Assembly (NCBI GenBank): GCA_900617105.1
Contig: UYFQ01000032.1
Coordinates: 186,001-250,000, forward strand
Length of the DNA: 64,000 bases
Reading direction: 5' to 3'
Source: Hydrurus foetidus
Lineage: Eukaryota
Below the pieces are notes generated by a model. The model searched no databases, was not told the DNA's origin, and saw only the letters and a list, made by a program, of their open reading frames with translations. Position numbers and translations under genes: made by a program. Below are positions 1-9,998 of the stretch, one piece after another. How positions within the stretch are numbered: the stretch's first letter is position 1; every line of letters begins with the position of its first letter.

Positions 1-502
1 CTTGCAAACACACCAGCAACAGCGTCAAAGCGGGCCACCACAGGCTGGGGAGGTTGTGCGGTATGGCATTTTTCAATGCCAGACTGCGCCGCCCTTCCCA
101 CCAACGGGCGGCCAGCAGGGTCACAATCAGCACGCCTACGCCGGTCGCCATGTAGCGGTGCAACATCTCGATCCAGGCTTTGCCGTGGGTAACGGGGCCG
201 GTGGGCATGGCTTCTTGGGCCAGTGTGATGGCCGTTTGCGCGCCCATCACACTGGCATGACCGTAGCAGCCGGGCCAGTCAGGGCACCCCAGACCGGAGT
301 CGGTCAAACGGGTAAAGGCACCGAACAACACCAAATCAAACGTCACAAACAAGGTCAACAAAGTCAGCGCTCGCAAACGCTGTGCAGACGACATGGTGCG
401 GCTGCGCAGCCACAGCAAAAACAAGGGGCCGAGCGCTACAGCCAAGCCCATCAGCATGATGTGGAGCAGCGGTGAAAAGTCAAACCCTGAAGCGGATGAC
501 AT
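1..502 (-). CDS. ctaA: Heme A synthase (COX15/CtaA), 5' part; runs off the window
   Basis: Not in the ORF track. Manual translation from ATG 502 gives MSSASGFDFSPLLHIML...FGAFTRLTDSGLGCPDWPGCYG, the CtaA signature; lies at the end of the cox cluster. Confidence 0.9.
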   Translation of the reverse strand, partial: MSSASGFDFSPLLHIMLMGLAVALGPLFLLWLRSRTMSSAQRLRALTLLTLFVTFDLVLFGAFTRLTDSGLGCPDWPGCYGHASVMGAQTAITLAQEAMPTGPVTHGKAWIEMLHRYMATGVGVLIVTLLAARWWEGRRSLALKNAIPHNLPSLWWPALTLLLVCLQ

Positions 503-1239
503 CACTTCTCCCCTCGTCCAGCCTGATCCCACGCCGCAGAAGCGCGGAGCAGACGCTCTAAATCACGTTTGGCTTTGGTGGCCCCTTCGGCATCGAGCTT
601 GGCGGGGAAGCGCATCATCCAGTTGCCCATAGGATCAACCACGTACAGGTGATCGGGCAGCAGGTGGTCTTTGGCAGGCGCTAACCAATTGGCGGCTTGT
701 CCGGGTTTGAGGCGGAATACCACGGCATCTTTCAAAGCGGGTAACAGGGCCGTGCGTACAGGCTGATCGTCCGTGACCAGCCACACCCAGTCAAAACGGT
801 CGCGCTCTTTGCCCAAGCTGGTCAGCACTTGGCGTTGCAGATACAGGTGCTTTTCGCACTGATCGTCACAAGCACCCGATGCCACGCTGACCAAAAGCCA
901 TTGGCCTTTGAGTTCGGTCAAGCTGTGGGGCGCACCATCCAAGCTGATGACGGGTAGATCCGGCAAGGGGCGTTGGGGGTCAATCAGCTCACCAAAGTTG
1001 CGCCGCCCCTCGGGTCGCAGCACGTAGTAGGTGAAGTACGACGCGACGACGGGTGCCGCACAGACCAACAGCACGAGCAGCATTTTGAGCCGACCACCTG
1101 AGCGCATACCACTGACGGCAGCCTCAGTAGCGCCGGGGCTGGGCAAGGAATGCACGGTCAAACCCAAAGGTTCGGCAGCTGTATCGGAACCGTTAGACGG
1201 GTTGTTTGCGGAATCGGGGGACAAGTTGGAACCAGACAT
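502..1239 (-). CDS. SCO/SenC-like membrane-anchored thioredoxin-fold oxidase assembly protein
   Basis: One TM segment, CxxxC (CDDQC), HLYVVDPMG motif; inside the cox cluster. Confidence 0.7.
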   Translation of the reverse strand: MSGSNLSPDSANNPSNGSDTAAEPLGLTVHSLPSPGATEAAVSGMRSGGRLKMLLVLLVCAAPVVASYFTYYVLRPEGRRNFGELIDPQRPLPDLPVISLDGAPHSLTELKGQWLLVSVASGACDDQCEKHLYLQRQVLTSLGKERDRFDWVWLVTDDQPVRTALLPALKDAVVFRLKPGQAANWLAPAKDHLLPDHLYVVDPMGNWMMRFPAKLDAEGATKAKRDLERLLRASAAWDQAGRGEK

Positions 1240-1966
1240 AAAGAATTGCCATCAAGGCGCTGAGGCCAAACCATTGGAAGGCGTAGCCGTAGTGTTTTTC
1301 GATGCCGAAGCTGGGTGCAGCCCAGTCACGCAGCAAGCCATCAGGCGTAGCGTCCGTTTGTAACAGCAAATGATCCCACAGGGGGAGTTGCGTCTCGGAC
1401 TTATAAGCGCTCAGGCTGAGATTTTGCCGTATACGGCTGGGGGCAGTGACTTCGGCAGGCTTGGTTTGCAGCAAGTCCAGCAAATGTGCAGGGCCAGCGG
1501 CAATGCGCCCCGTGATTTGAACGCCACCTTCTGGGGTAATGAGCGCAGGCAGGCGCTCGCGGTCAGTGAAATCGCGTTGCACCCAACCACGCTGCACCAT
1601 CACCACATGGCCAGTCTGGGCAAGCTTCAAGGGCGTCAGCACGAAAAAACCCTGCTTGGCGTTCATCTGGCGGTTGTCAAGGTACACGGTGTATTGCGGC
1701 AACCATGTACCTTGCAGCGTCAATGTGCGGTCAATGACATCGTTTTGCGATGTTGCAACAGGCGCATTGGAGGTACTGAGCGCCAGTACATCCTGCGAAC
1801 TCAACGGAGAAAGGGCTGCCTGAGTCATCACGCGCACCTGCAAAGCTTCTTTTTGAGCAGCACGGGACAACTGCCAGCGCCCAAGCAGCAGCCCCACTGC
1901 AACGACAACAAGCGCTGCAACAGTGATAGACCAAAAATGGGACTGAACACGCACTGTGCTGTTCAC
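1193..1966 (-). CDS. SURF1 family cytochrome oxidase assembly protein
   Basis: LGRWQLSR...K at the N-terminus, VQRGWV, HYGYAFQWF at the C-terminus. Confidence 0.9.
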   Translation of the reverse strand: MNSTVRVQSHFWSITVAALVVVAVGLLLGRWQLSRAAQKEALQVRVMTQAALSPLSSQDVLALSTSNAPVATSQNDVIDRTLTLQGTWLPQYTVYLDNRQMNAKQGFFVLTPLKLAQTGHVVMVQRGWVQRDFTDRERLPALITPEGGVQITGRIAAGPAHLLDLLQTKPAEVTAPSRIRQNLSLSAYKSETQLPLWDHLLLQTDATPDGLLRDWAAPSFGIEKHYGYAFQWFGLSALMAILYVWFQLVPRFRKQPV

Positions 1967-1981
1967 GGGATAATGGAAGCC

Positions 1982-2203
1982 ATGAATTACCTTGTACCGA
2001 TTGCCTTTACAACCATATTGGGTTGCCTGGGTGCCGCGCTTTACAGCATGTTGAAAGATGGCCGCGATGGCAAGTTGAAAACCAACAGCATGGCACGCGC
2101 ACTCGCCTTTCGAGTGGGCATTTCATGCCTGCTGTTTGCCTGTATTTTGATAGCCTGGAAGTTAGGCTATCTGCACCCCACAGGCATTCCTGTTGGTCAT
2201 TGA
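1982..2203 (+). CDS. Twin transmembrane helix small protein (DUF2909-like)
   Basis: MNYLVPIAF...LGAALYSMLKD...MARALAFRVGIS...LGYLHPTG; typical position opposite SURF1; start chosen within the longer ORF. Confidence 0.8.
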   Translation: MNYLVPIAFTTILGCLGAALYSMLKDGRDGKLKTNSMARALAFRVGISCLLFACILIAWKLGYLHPTGIPVGH

Positions 2204-2220
2204 TTCCCTGTCTCTGGTTC

Positions 2221-2252
2221 AATAAAAAAGCGCCTTGCGGCGCTTTTTTATT
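2221..2252. terminator. Bidirectional rho-independent terminator
   Basis: AATAAAAAAGCGCC-ttgc-GGCGCTTTTTTATT between convergent genes. Confidence 0.85.
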
Positions 2253-2270
2253 GAAGGCAAGGGATTTCTA

Positions 2271-3152
2271 TCAGAACCAGTACACCAAGATGTACAAACC
2301 AAGCCAGACCACATCTACAAAGTGCCAGTACCAAGCGGCACCTTCAAAACCAAAGTGACTGTCAGGCTTGAAATGCCCCTTCATCAACCGAATGGTGATA
2401 AACAAAAGCATCAACATACCCACAAAAACGTGGAAGCCGTGGAAACCGGTCAGCATAAAGAAAGTAGAACCGTACATGCCGGAAGCCAAGGTCAAGTTCA
2501 TCTCATGGTACGCATGGTAATACTCGTAGCCTTGAACGAACAAGAAAACAACGCCCAGCAAGACGGTCATCCACATGAAAGCGATGGTTTTACCCCGCTG
2601 GTTAGCCAACAGCGCATGGTGAGCCACCGTCAAGGTCACACCTGAAGTTAACAACAATGCTGTATTGATGGTGGGCAACCAAAAAGGTGTCATCGTGGTG
2701 AAAGGCAAGATAGTGCCAGCGGGCGAAGTGGTTGCCCCAGCCGCCATGCTGGGCCAAACAGCTTTGAAATCAGGCCAAAGCAAGGCGTTTTCTAAATCAC
2801 CCAACGCAGGCACCGAATGAGAACGTGCCCACCACAATGCAGAGAAGAAGGCACCAAAGAACATTACTTCTGAAAAAATAAACCAACTCATGCTCCAACG
2901 GAATGACAAATCGATCTTGCGACCATATTGACCGCCTTCGCTTTCGCCGACAGCTTCGCTGAACCATTGGTACAGCACACCCAACCACCACGCCAATCCA
3001 GCATAGAGCGAATACATGCCCCATTCATGGCCGTTGATCCACTGACCAGCACCCAAAATCACCAAAAACAGACCAAAGGCGGCCATCACAGGGTGACGTG
3101 AAGGCCCTGGAATAAAGTAATACGGCGTTGCACCGTGGGTTGTTGCACTCAT
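2271..3152 (-). CDS. ctaE: Cytochrome c oxidase subunit III
   Basis: WFIFSEVMFF, TGFHGFHV, WYWHFVDVVW motifs. Confidence 0.95.
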   Translation of the reverse strand: MSATTHGATPYYFIPGPSRHPVMAAFGLFLVILGAGQWINGHEWGMYSLYAGLAWWLGVLYQWFSEAVGESEGGQYGRKIDLSFRWSMSWFIFSEVMFFGAFFSALWWARSHSVPALGDLENALLWPDFKAVWPSMAAGATTSPAGTILPFTTMTPFWLPTINTALLLTSGVTLTVAHHALLANQRGKTIAFMWMTVLLGVVFLFVQGYEYYHAYHEMNLTLASGMYGSTFFMLTGFHGFHVFVGMLMLLFITIRLMKGHFKPDSHFGFEGAAWYWHFVDVVWLGLYILVYWF

Positions 3153-3199
3153 TTAATCAGCTCCTGATTTCTCTTCAATATTCTCTTCAACAGGTTGCC

Positions 3200-3424
3200 T
3201 TAGCGGGCAACCACCCATTTCACAAAAAACATCAACCCAATAACGAACGCAAAACAAACAGCAAGCCCCACCGCGATCAAATGAAACGGTGTTATTTTGG
3301 CCATGTCTTCTTGGCGTTCAGCCGTTTGCCGCAAGCCCAAAAATGACCAAAAAACCGCCATCAAACTGCGCCACAGAGAACCCTTTGCGGCAACAGCTTC
3401 AATGAGCTTACCAGTATCGTTCAC
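3200..3424 (-). CDS. DUF2970-like small membrane protein
   Basis: AVFWSFLGLR motif; cox cluster context. Confidence 0.75.
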   Translation of the reverse strand: MNDTGKLIEAVAAKGSLWRSLMAVFWSFLGLRQTAERQEDMAKITPFHLIAVGLAVCFAFVIGLMFFVKWVVAR

Positions 3425-4053
3425 GAACGTGCACCTGCTGCAACGGCTTTCACTGCGGTTTGCGGTACAACCAGCAACCCTGTATCAGCTGCAGCGGTAG
3501 GCGCAGGCGGCGTTTTGCCACCCACTTCGAAAAACGTATAAGACAAGGTGATTGTGGTCACGTCTTTGGGCATCTTGGGATCAATCACAAAAGCCACAGG
3601 CCACTGCTTCTTTTCACCGGCATCCAGGATGTACTGATTAAAACAAAAACACTCTACTTTGTTGAAGTATGGCATCGCATTGCGTGGTGCATAGCTGGGA
3701 ATAGCTTGTGCAGCCATGCGGCGGTTTTGCGTATTCTGAAACTCATACATCACGGTTGCCAATTCGCCAGGATGAACCTGAATCGAAGATTGCGCAGGCT
3801 TGAAAAACCACAAACCACGAGAGTTCGCATCAAACTCAACTGTGACAGTGCGAGTCAAATCGATCTGCGTATTGGCTGCAGCATTGGAAGTAGCCCCGGG
3901 AACAACTTTATCGCCCAGCGCCAAAACATTGATGCCCGTGAATTCACAAATGGCTTTGTACACAGGCACAAGCGCGTAGCCAAAAGCGAACATGCCAGCA
4001 GCAACCACCGCAAGCTTGCCGACCATTTTGACGTTTTCACCGCGAATACTCAT
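3421..4053 (-). CDS. ctaG: Cytochrome c oxidase assembly protein CtaG/Cox11
   Basis: VPVYKAIC and YFNKVECFCF copper-binding motif. Confidence 0.95.
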   Translation of the reverse strand: MSIRGENVKMVGKLAVVAAGMFAFGYALVPVYKAICEFTGINVLALGDKVVPGATSNAAANTQIDLTRTVTVEFDANSRGLWFFKPAQSSIQVHPGELATVMYEFQNTQNRRMAAQAIPSYAPRNAMPYFNKVECFCFNQYILDAGEKKQWPVAFVIDPKMPKDVTTITLSYTFFEVGGKTPPAPTAAADTGLLVVPQTAVKAVAAGARS

Positions 4054-4065
4054 GTCAGCAGTGGC

Positions 4066-4179
4066 TTATCTGGCCAAGTAAATCATTTTGGCCATGAAGC
4101 CCACAAAAAACACCACTGCGATAGAAGCCAAAATAAAGCCTAAGCGCAGGTTGTTTTTTTTCTGTTCTGGTGTCGTCAT
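4066..4179 (-). CDS. 37-aa cytochrome oxidase small membrane protein
   Basis: Below the ORF-track cutoff; translates to MTTPEQKKNNLRLGFILASIAVVFFVGFMAKMIYLAR between ctaD and ctaG. Confidence 0.75.
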   Translation of the reverse strand: MTTPEQKKNNLRLGFILASIAVVFFVGFMAKMIYLAR

Positions 4180-4209
4180 GGGAAAGTGCTCTCGGACAGG
4201 CTCGTGCGC

Positions 4210-5838
4210 TTAGGCAATGATTCGGGTTGCAGCAGCATTCAGCTTGGGTGGGGTTTCAAAGGTGTGGAAAGGTGCAGGAGAAGGTACTTCCCACTCCAAA
4301 CCTTCCGCAGCTTCCCAAGGTTTCTGAGATGCTTTTTCACCTACACCACGCATGGTGGGCAAAACCACAAACAAGAAGAAATAAACCTGTGCAAAACCAA
4401 AAGCGAATGCACCTACCGTCGCTAAAGCATTGAAGTCGGCAAATTGCATTGGGTAGTCTGCATAACGACGTGGCATACCCGCCAAGCCCAAGAAGTGCAT
4501 TGGGAAGAAGGTGACGTTAAACGCAATCAGGCTCCACCAGAAGTGAATCTTGCCGCGTGTTTCGTTGTACATCACACCCGTCCACTTAGGGCACCAGTAG
4601 TAGTAACCGGCAAACATGGCATACAAAGAACCTGCTACCAACACATAGTGGAAATGCGCCACCACGTAGTACGTGTCTTGAAGTTGAATATCGATGGGTG
4701 CCATCGCCAAAATCAGACCGGTGAAACCACCCATCGTGAACACGAAAATGAAGCCCACAGCAAACAACATAGGGGTTTCAAAAGTCATCGAACCCTGCCA
4801 CATGGTGGCGATCCAGTTGAAAATTTTCACAGCGGTAGGCACCGCAATCAACATCGTGGCGTACATGAAGAACAACTGACCCGTCACAGGCATGCCGGTC
4901 GTGAACATGTGGTGCGCCCATACGATGAACGACAAAATAGCAATTGACGATGTGGCGTACACCATAGAGGCGTAACCGAACAACTTCTTACGGGCAAACG
5001 CTGGCACGATCTGGCTCACGATGCCGAAAGCTGGCAAGATCATGATGTACACCTCGGGATGACCGAAGAACCAGAAAATATGCTGGTACATCACAGGATC
5101 ACCGCCGCCAGCTGGGTTAAAGAAGGTGGTACCAAAGTGACGATCTGTCAGCGTCATGGTGATGGCGCCAGCCAACACAGGCATCACGGCAATCAGCAGG
5201 TAAGCGGTAATCAACCATGTCCAGCAGAACATCGGCATCTTCATCAACGTCATGCCAGGGGCACGCATGTTGAGGATGGTCACGATGATGTTGATGGAGC
5301 CCATGATGGACGAAGCGCCCAAGATATGCATGGCAAAAATACCAGCGTCCATTGACGGGCCCATTTGCAAAGTGAGAGGTGCGTACAGCGTCCAACCCGC
5401 AGCAGGCGCACCACCGGGCATGAAAAAGGAACCCACCAGCATCAAGGCTGCTGGAATCATCAGCCAAAAGCTGAAGTTGTTCATGCGGGCAAATGCCATA
5501 TCACCTGCACCAATTTGCAAAGGAATCATCCAGTTCGCAAACCCCACAAACGCCGGCATGATGGCACCGAACACCATGATGAGGCCGTGCATTGTGGTCA
5601 ACGAGTTGAACAACTCTGGATTCACCAACTGCAAGCCAGGCTGAAACAACTCAGCACGTATCAGCAAAGCCAAAACACCACCGATCATCAGCATGGTGAA
5701 AGCGAACAACAGGTACAACGTACCAATATCCTTGTGGTTGGTAGCATAGACCCAGCGTTTCCAGCCCGTGGGGGCATGGTGCTCATGGTGATCGTCATGC
5801 CCATGATCTTTGTCGTGATGGCCTAGAACTGCACTCAT
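4210..5838 (-). CDS. ctaD: Cytochrome c oxidase subunit I (A1 type)
   Basis: TNHKDIG, GHPEVY, WAHH, HFHYV, GMPRRY. Confidence 0.98.
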   Translation of the reverse strand: MSAVLGHHDKDHGHDDHHEHHAPTGWKRWVYATNHKDIGTLYLLFAFTMLMIGGVLALLIRAELFQPGLQLVNPELFNSLTTMHGLIMVFGAIMPAFVGFANWMIPLQIGAGDMAFARMNNFSFWLMIPAALMLVGSFFMPGGAPAAGWTLYAPLTLQMGPSMDAGIFAMHILGASSIMGSINIIVTILNMRAPGMTLMKMPMFCWTWLITAYLLIAVMPVLAGAITMTLTDRHFGTTFFNPAGGGDPVMYQHIFWFFGHPEVYIMILPAFGIVSQIVPAFARKKLFGYASMVYATSSIAILSFIVWAHHMFTTGMPVTGQLFFMYATMLIAVPTAVKIFNWIATMWQGSMTFETPMLFAVGFIFVFTMGGFTGLILAMAPIDIQLQDTYYVVAHFHYVLVAGSLYAMFAGYYYWCPKWTGVMYNETRGKIHFWWSLIAFNVTFFPMHFLGLAGMPRRYADYPMQFADFNALATVGAFAFGFAQVYFFLFVVLPTMRGVGEKASQKPWEAAEGLEWEVPSPAPFHTFETPPKLNAAATRIIA

Positions 5839-5877
5839 CTTGAATTCCTTCTCTTTACCAATACGTCTGAATTTGTT

Positions 5878-7053
5878 TTACTTGCGAGCCGATTTCACTT
5901 CGGCTGGCTGCACCAATTGACCCGTCTTGTTTGACCAGTTGTTTTTGGTGAAGGAAATGACAGCAGCGATGTCGGTATCGCTCAAAGCTTTCCAAGCAGG
6001 CATAGCACCATTGTTTTGACCGTTCAACAAAATCGAAATTTGCTTCGTTTTGTCAGCATCAAGAACAACAGCAGCGCCATCCAAAGGCTTGATGGGGCCA
6101 GCGCCCTTACCGTTAGCTTGGTGGCAAGCTGCGCAATTGGCGGCATAAACCTTCTCACCACGCTTCAAAATATCGTCCAGAGCCCACACCTTGGTAGGGT
6201 CATCCAACTTAGCAGCCATTTTTTTCTGCTCACCAATTACCCACTTGCTGTAATCCTCAGCAGACACCACTTTCACATGGATAGGCATGTACGCGTGCTC
6301 TTTACCGCAGAGTTCAGCGCATTGACCGTAGAAATCGCCTATTTTCTCAGCACGGAACCACGTATCACGCACAAAACCGGGGATGGCATCTTGCTTAATG
6401 CCAAAAGCAGGCACCATGAAAGCGTGAATCACGTCATTAGCGGTGGTGATGATGCGGACTTTCTTGTTCACAGGCACAACCAATGGATTGTCAACTTTGA
6501 ACAGGTAATCATCAGGAATCACGCCCTTGGCACCGTCATTGGACATAGCACGGTGACTCGCATCCAGCGTGGAGACAAAACCAATACCTTCGCCCTCGCC
6601 TTTGATGTAGTCATAACCCCATTTCCACTGAATACCCGTGGCCTTGATGGTCAAGTCAGCGTTGGTGGTGTCTTTTTGAGCAACCAGTACCTTGGTCGCA
6701 GGAAGCGCCATACCGATCACAATAACGAAAGGCACCAGTGTCCAGCCTATTTCAACCCAAAGTGGCTCAGGCAACTCGCGCGCCACATGACCAGCAGCCT
6801 TGCGGTGCTTCCAAATGGAGTAAAACATCACCGCAAAAACGGCAACAAAAACGACCGTGCATACGATCAACATGAACCAGTGCAACCAAGCTTGCTCTTC
6901 AGCAATTTTGGTAACGGCCGGATGCAGATTGAGCTGGCGTACCGCTGGGCCACCGGCTAAATCGTTAACGGCATAGGCGTTGCTGGCCAGCCATGCACCG
7001 GCGCCGGTCGCAAACTGGACTAATTTGCGTGGAATGCTATTCATCGTGTTCAC
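5878..7053 (-). CDS. ctaC: Cytochrome c oxidase subunit II with C-terminal cytochrome c domain
   Basis: DVIH and CAELCGKEHAYM (CuA site); CAACH heme c motif. Confidence 0.95.
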   Translation of the reverse strand: MNTMNSIPRKLVQFATGAGAWLASNAYAVNDLAGGPAVRQLNLHPAVTKIAEEQAWLHWFMLIVCTVVFVAVFAVMFYSIWKHRKAAGHVARELPEPLWVEIGWTLVPFVIVIGMALPATKVLVAQKDTTNADLTIKATGIQWKWGYDYIKGEGEGIGFVSTLDASHRAMSNDGAKGVIPDDYLFKVDNPLVVPVNKKVRIITTANDVIHAFMVPAFGIKQDAIPGFVRDTWFRAEKIGDFYGQCAELCGKEHAYMPIHVKVVSAEDYSKWVIGEQKKMAAKLDDPTKVWALDDILKRGEKVYAANCAACHQANGKGAGPIKPLDGAAVVLDADKTKQISILLNGQNNGAMPAWKALSDTDIAAVISFTKNNWSNKTGQLVQPAEVKSARK

Positions 7054-7089
7054 TTCTTATGGCCTCAAATACAAAACACCTGGATGGCC

Positions 7090-7566
7090 TTACGCTGCGC
7101 GCAAAGCCATGCGAATTTCTCGTGCCAGCACAGCACGCAACTCTGGGCGCACATAGCGCCCTACCTGAACCCGTCGCCCTTGACCAGACAGCTCGATCAA
7201 CGAACCATCACTGCCCAAAGGTTCAACGCGAACCCAATCACGGTTGAACTCAGACCGCACTCTGCGACCTGAGTTTTCCAACTCCACCACCAACTGCGCA
7301 CCTTGAAGAGAGATTTTTTCACCATCGGTTGCGTGCCGTGCGTAGACTAAAAAAGCCAAACCCACAGCAACCAACTCCAGACAAGCAAAAGGCATCACCA
7401 TCGTGACGCCTTGCAGCCAAAAAACTCCGCCTATACCCAGCGATACCGTACACAGCGAGGCGTAAGCCCAAGCCAACTGCACCGGCGTTACCGAGCAGTT
7501 ACGCTTCAAAAACCAGTGGATTGTCTGGCCTGAAACAGTTGCGAAACGGAAAACCGGGTTAGACAA
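7090..7566 (-). CDS. DUF2244 family membrane protein
   Basis: WFLKRNCSVTP, two TM segments, YARHATDGE; TTG 7566 preferred as start (ORF extends to 7623). Confidence 0.75.
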   Translation of the reverse strand: MSNPVFRFATVSGQTIHWFLKRNCSVTPVQLAWAYASLCTVSLGIGGVFWLQGVTMVMPFACLELVAVGLAFLVYARHATDGEKISLQGAQLVVELENSGRRVRSEFNRDWVRVEPLGSDGSLIELSGQGRRVQVGRYVRPELRAVLAREIRMALRAA

Positions 7567-7754
7567 GGTGTGTGGCTCTCTAAACTGGCCAGGGATTGGT
7601 CGGGACAATACCCACCAAGGCACCTAACTTTGAATCTTTTAAAGGTAAAAATTCACTGCCTGCAATTGTAGCGTGGGTTAACCCGTGGCAAAGTGACCAA
7701 AAACCCTCAGCGCAACGGGCAATTCCCCCACATGGATACCCTGACACCGCGCGC

Positions 7755-8675
7755 TCATCCTCCTGGCCCTCGCCCCGTGCGCAGCATCGCCCGCATATCT
7801 TCCAATGAGAATGCACTTTGATCGCCCAAGCGCACACGCGGCACCGGTTTAAAAGCATGACCGTAAACCACCTCAAAACTCAAGGTCAGCGGCCCCTGAC
7901 TGTCGCCGGATGGACGCAAATAGCGGACGATCTCGGCCTCCAGACCAACCCGCCAACGCGGCGTGCGCAAACCCATAAAGCGTTGAGGGTTCAAATTGCG
8001 CCCCAGCTCCCGCAAATCGGCCAGCAATCGCTGAGGTGTCGCATAGGTCAAAGTGATGCGCTCCATGTCCATTACAGGCTCTGCAAAACCTGCCTGCACT
8101 AGCATATCGCCCCAGTCATGCATATCGGTGAAGGCGTGACCGGGGGCCGGCCAGCCCATCGCTTGGTAAAGACCACGCAGCTCACGCAAGCTATCCGGCC
8201 CGAGGCAAGAAAACATCAAAAAACCATCCACAGCCAGCGTTTGATGCCAGTTTTGGATCAACTGCTGCGGATCTGCAGCCATGTGCAAACCCATATTGGC
8301 CCACACCATTTGCACAGAAGCGTTGGGTGGAGTCTCAAAATTCAGGGGCACAGCCTTCCAACGCGCCGGATTCCACCAAGGTTTGGCCAGCGCCTGCACC
8401 GCCATCTGCTGCCCAAGCTCAGAAGACTCCACCACAAAGCACTGAGCCTGTGGATAACGCTTGGTCAGCAGCGCCTGCGCTTGCAAGCCACCCCGCACGG
8501 CCCCCCAATGTGCCCACGCTTGAGGCTGAAGGCGAATCAAATCCAGCCGCTCTTCCATGCGCCGTGCCACCTCTTCATGCAACCAGGGGGACACTTGGGC
8601 GGGCAGTGCAGCCCAACGCGCTGCGGCAACAGGGTCAATGGTGGGAGGTAAGTGCTTAGGGATGGATTTGGGCAT
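7755..8675 (-). CDS. BioC-like SAM-dependent methyltransferase
   Basis: EEVARRMEERL, DMHDWGDMLVQAGFAEPVMD, EVVYGHA; divergent from comF. Confidence 0.8.
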   Translation of the reverse strand: MPKSIPKHLPPTIDPVAAARWAALPAQVSPWLHEEVARRMEERLDLIRLQPQAWAHWGAVRGGLQAQALLTKRYPQAQCFVVESSELGQQMAVQALAKPWWNPARWKAVPLNFETPPNASVQMVWANMGLHMAADPQQLIQNWHQTLAVDGFLMFSCLGPDSLRELRGLYQAMGWPAPGHAFTDMHDWGDMLVQAGFAEPVMDMERITLTYATPQRLLADLRELGRNLNPQRFMGLRTPRWRVGLEAEIVRYLRPSGDSQGPLTLSFEVVYGHAFKPVPRVRLGDQSAFSLEDMRAMLRTGRGPGG

Positions 8676-8793
8676 GATCGCTTAAGTTTAAAGGCGGCAG
8701 ATGCAGCACGCGAGGCCACCTTTAAACTCAGCAACATGCCTGCGCATTCACTATCCCAGCCCTTCGCCTTCGCCATCTTCATAGTCTTGCGCC

Positions 8794-9507
8794 ATGCGCT
8801 ATAGCTGGCACAGCATCAACGCACGTTGGATACCCAGCCTGTGCTCGATCTGCCAAGCTTGGCCTTCGCAACCCATTTGCGAAGCCTGCATCGTACGCTT
8901 CGCCCAACCCGTCCCGCGCTGCAAGCGTTGCGCCTTGCCCGTTGTCATCGGTGTATCGGTTTGCGGCGACTGCCTGGTTAATCCACCGCCACTGGACGCT
9001 TGCTTGGCAGCCGTCAGCTATGACTATCCTTGGTCAGCGTTGATCGCTCAGCTCAAATTTCGCAACCACCCGAGTGCGGCCAAACCGCTGGCCTTGCTGA
9101 TGCTCACGCTGCCGTTCATTGAGCCGGCCCTAGAGCAAGCCCAACTGATTGTGCCTATGCCACTGTCGCCTCAAAGGTTGCGCGAACGGGGCTACAACCA
9201 GGCGTGGGAGCTGGCACGACGGCTGGCACCTCGCACCAGCAAACTCAAGCCCCACCTGCTGCTGCGGATCACCGACACAGCGCCACAAGCCGGACTGAAC
9301 TTGGTCGAACGCCTGCACAATCTGCGCACAGCCTTCGCCGTTGATCCCCTGCAAGCCTCGCAGCTGCAAGGCCAGCGCGTGGTGCTGGTCGATGACGTGA
9401 TGACCAGCGGTGCCTCGCTGCACGCGGCTGCGCTGGCACTGCGGGCAGCAGGTGCCGCGCACATCACCGGACTGGTATTGGCACGCACGCCCCACCGCCT
9501 TCAATAG
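8794..9507 (+). CDS. comF: ComF family protein (Zn finger plus PRTase-like)
   Basis: Four CxxC motifs, ERGYNQ, LVDDVMTSGA. Confidence 0.9.
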   Translation: MRYSWHSINARWIPSLCSICQAWPSQPICEACIVRFAQPVPRCKRCALPVVIGVSVCGDCLVNPPPLDACLAAVSYDYPWSALIAQLKFRNHPSAAKPLALLMLTLPFIEPALEQAQLIVPMPLSPQRLRERGYNQAWELARRLAPRTSKLKPHLLLRITDTAPQAGLNLVERLHNLRTAFAVDPLQASQLQGQRVVLVDDVMTSGASLHAAALALRAAGAAHITGLVLARTPHRLQ

Positions 9508-9530
9508 CCATCCCATTACAGAAAGCCCCC

Positions 9531-9998
9531 ATGTTCCACATCGTTCTGGTCGAACCCGAAATCCCCCCCAACACCGGCAACGTAATCCGCCTCGCAGCCA
9601 ACACCGGTTGCACCTTGCATTTGATAGAACCCCTGGGGTTTTCGATGGATGACAAGCACATGCGCCGCGCGGGACTGGACTACCACGAGTACGCACAATT
9701 GCTGCGCCATGCCGATTGGCCCAGCTTCTTGCGAGATGCCCAGCCCCAGCCCGACCGCCTCTTTGCGATGACGACCAAAGGTACACGCCGCGTGCATGAC
9801 GTGGCTTTTCAAGCGGGCGATTGGTTGGTGTTTGGCAACGAGACACGAGGCTTGCCACCGGCGGTGCGCGACACCTTCCAAGATTCGCAAAAATTAATAC
9901 TGCCCATGCGCCCCGGCCAGCGCAGCCTGAACCTTTCCAACGCCGTAGCGGTGAGCGTTTTTGAGGCTTGGCGACAAAACGGGTTTGGCCCGCTTTAA
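9531..9998 (+). CDS. trmL: tRNA (cytidine/uridine-2'-O)-methyltransferase TrmL
   Basis: PEIPPNTGN, RRAGLDY, RSLNLSNAV. Confidence 0.93.
   Translation: MFHIVLVEPEIPPNTGNVIRLAANTGCTLHLIEPLGFSMDDKHMRRAGLDYHEYAQLLRHADWPSFLRDAQPQPDRLFAMTTKGTRRVHDVAFQAGDWLVFGNETRGLPPAVRDTFQDSQKLILPMRPGQRSLNLSNAVAVSVFEAWRQNGFGPL

Noticed and set aside
1844..1862. Additional core-only hits to the intragenic motif (1844-1862, 2137-2155, 12779-12797, 31136-31154, 53249-53267)
   Set aside because: They match only the first box, some imperfectly, and lack the fixed second half, so they cannot be separated from chance by eye
7629..7643. FNR box upstream of the cox cluster
   Set aside because: TTGAATCTTTTAAA deviates too far from TTGAT-N4-ATCAA
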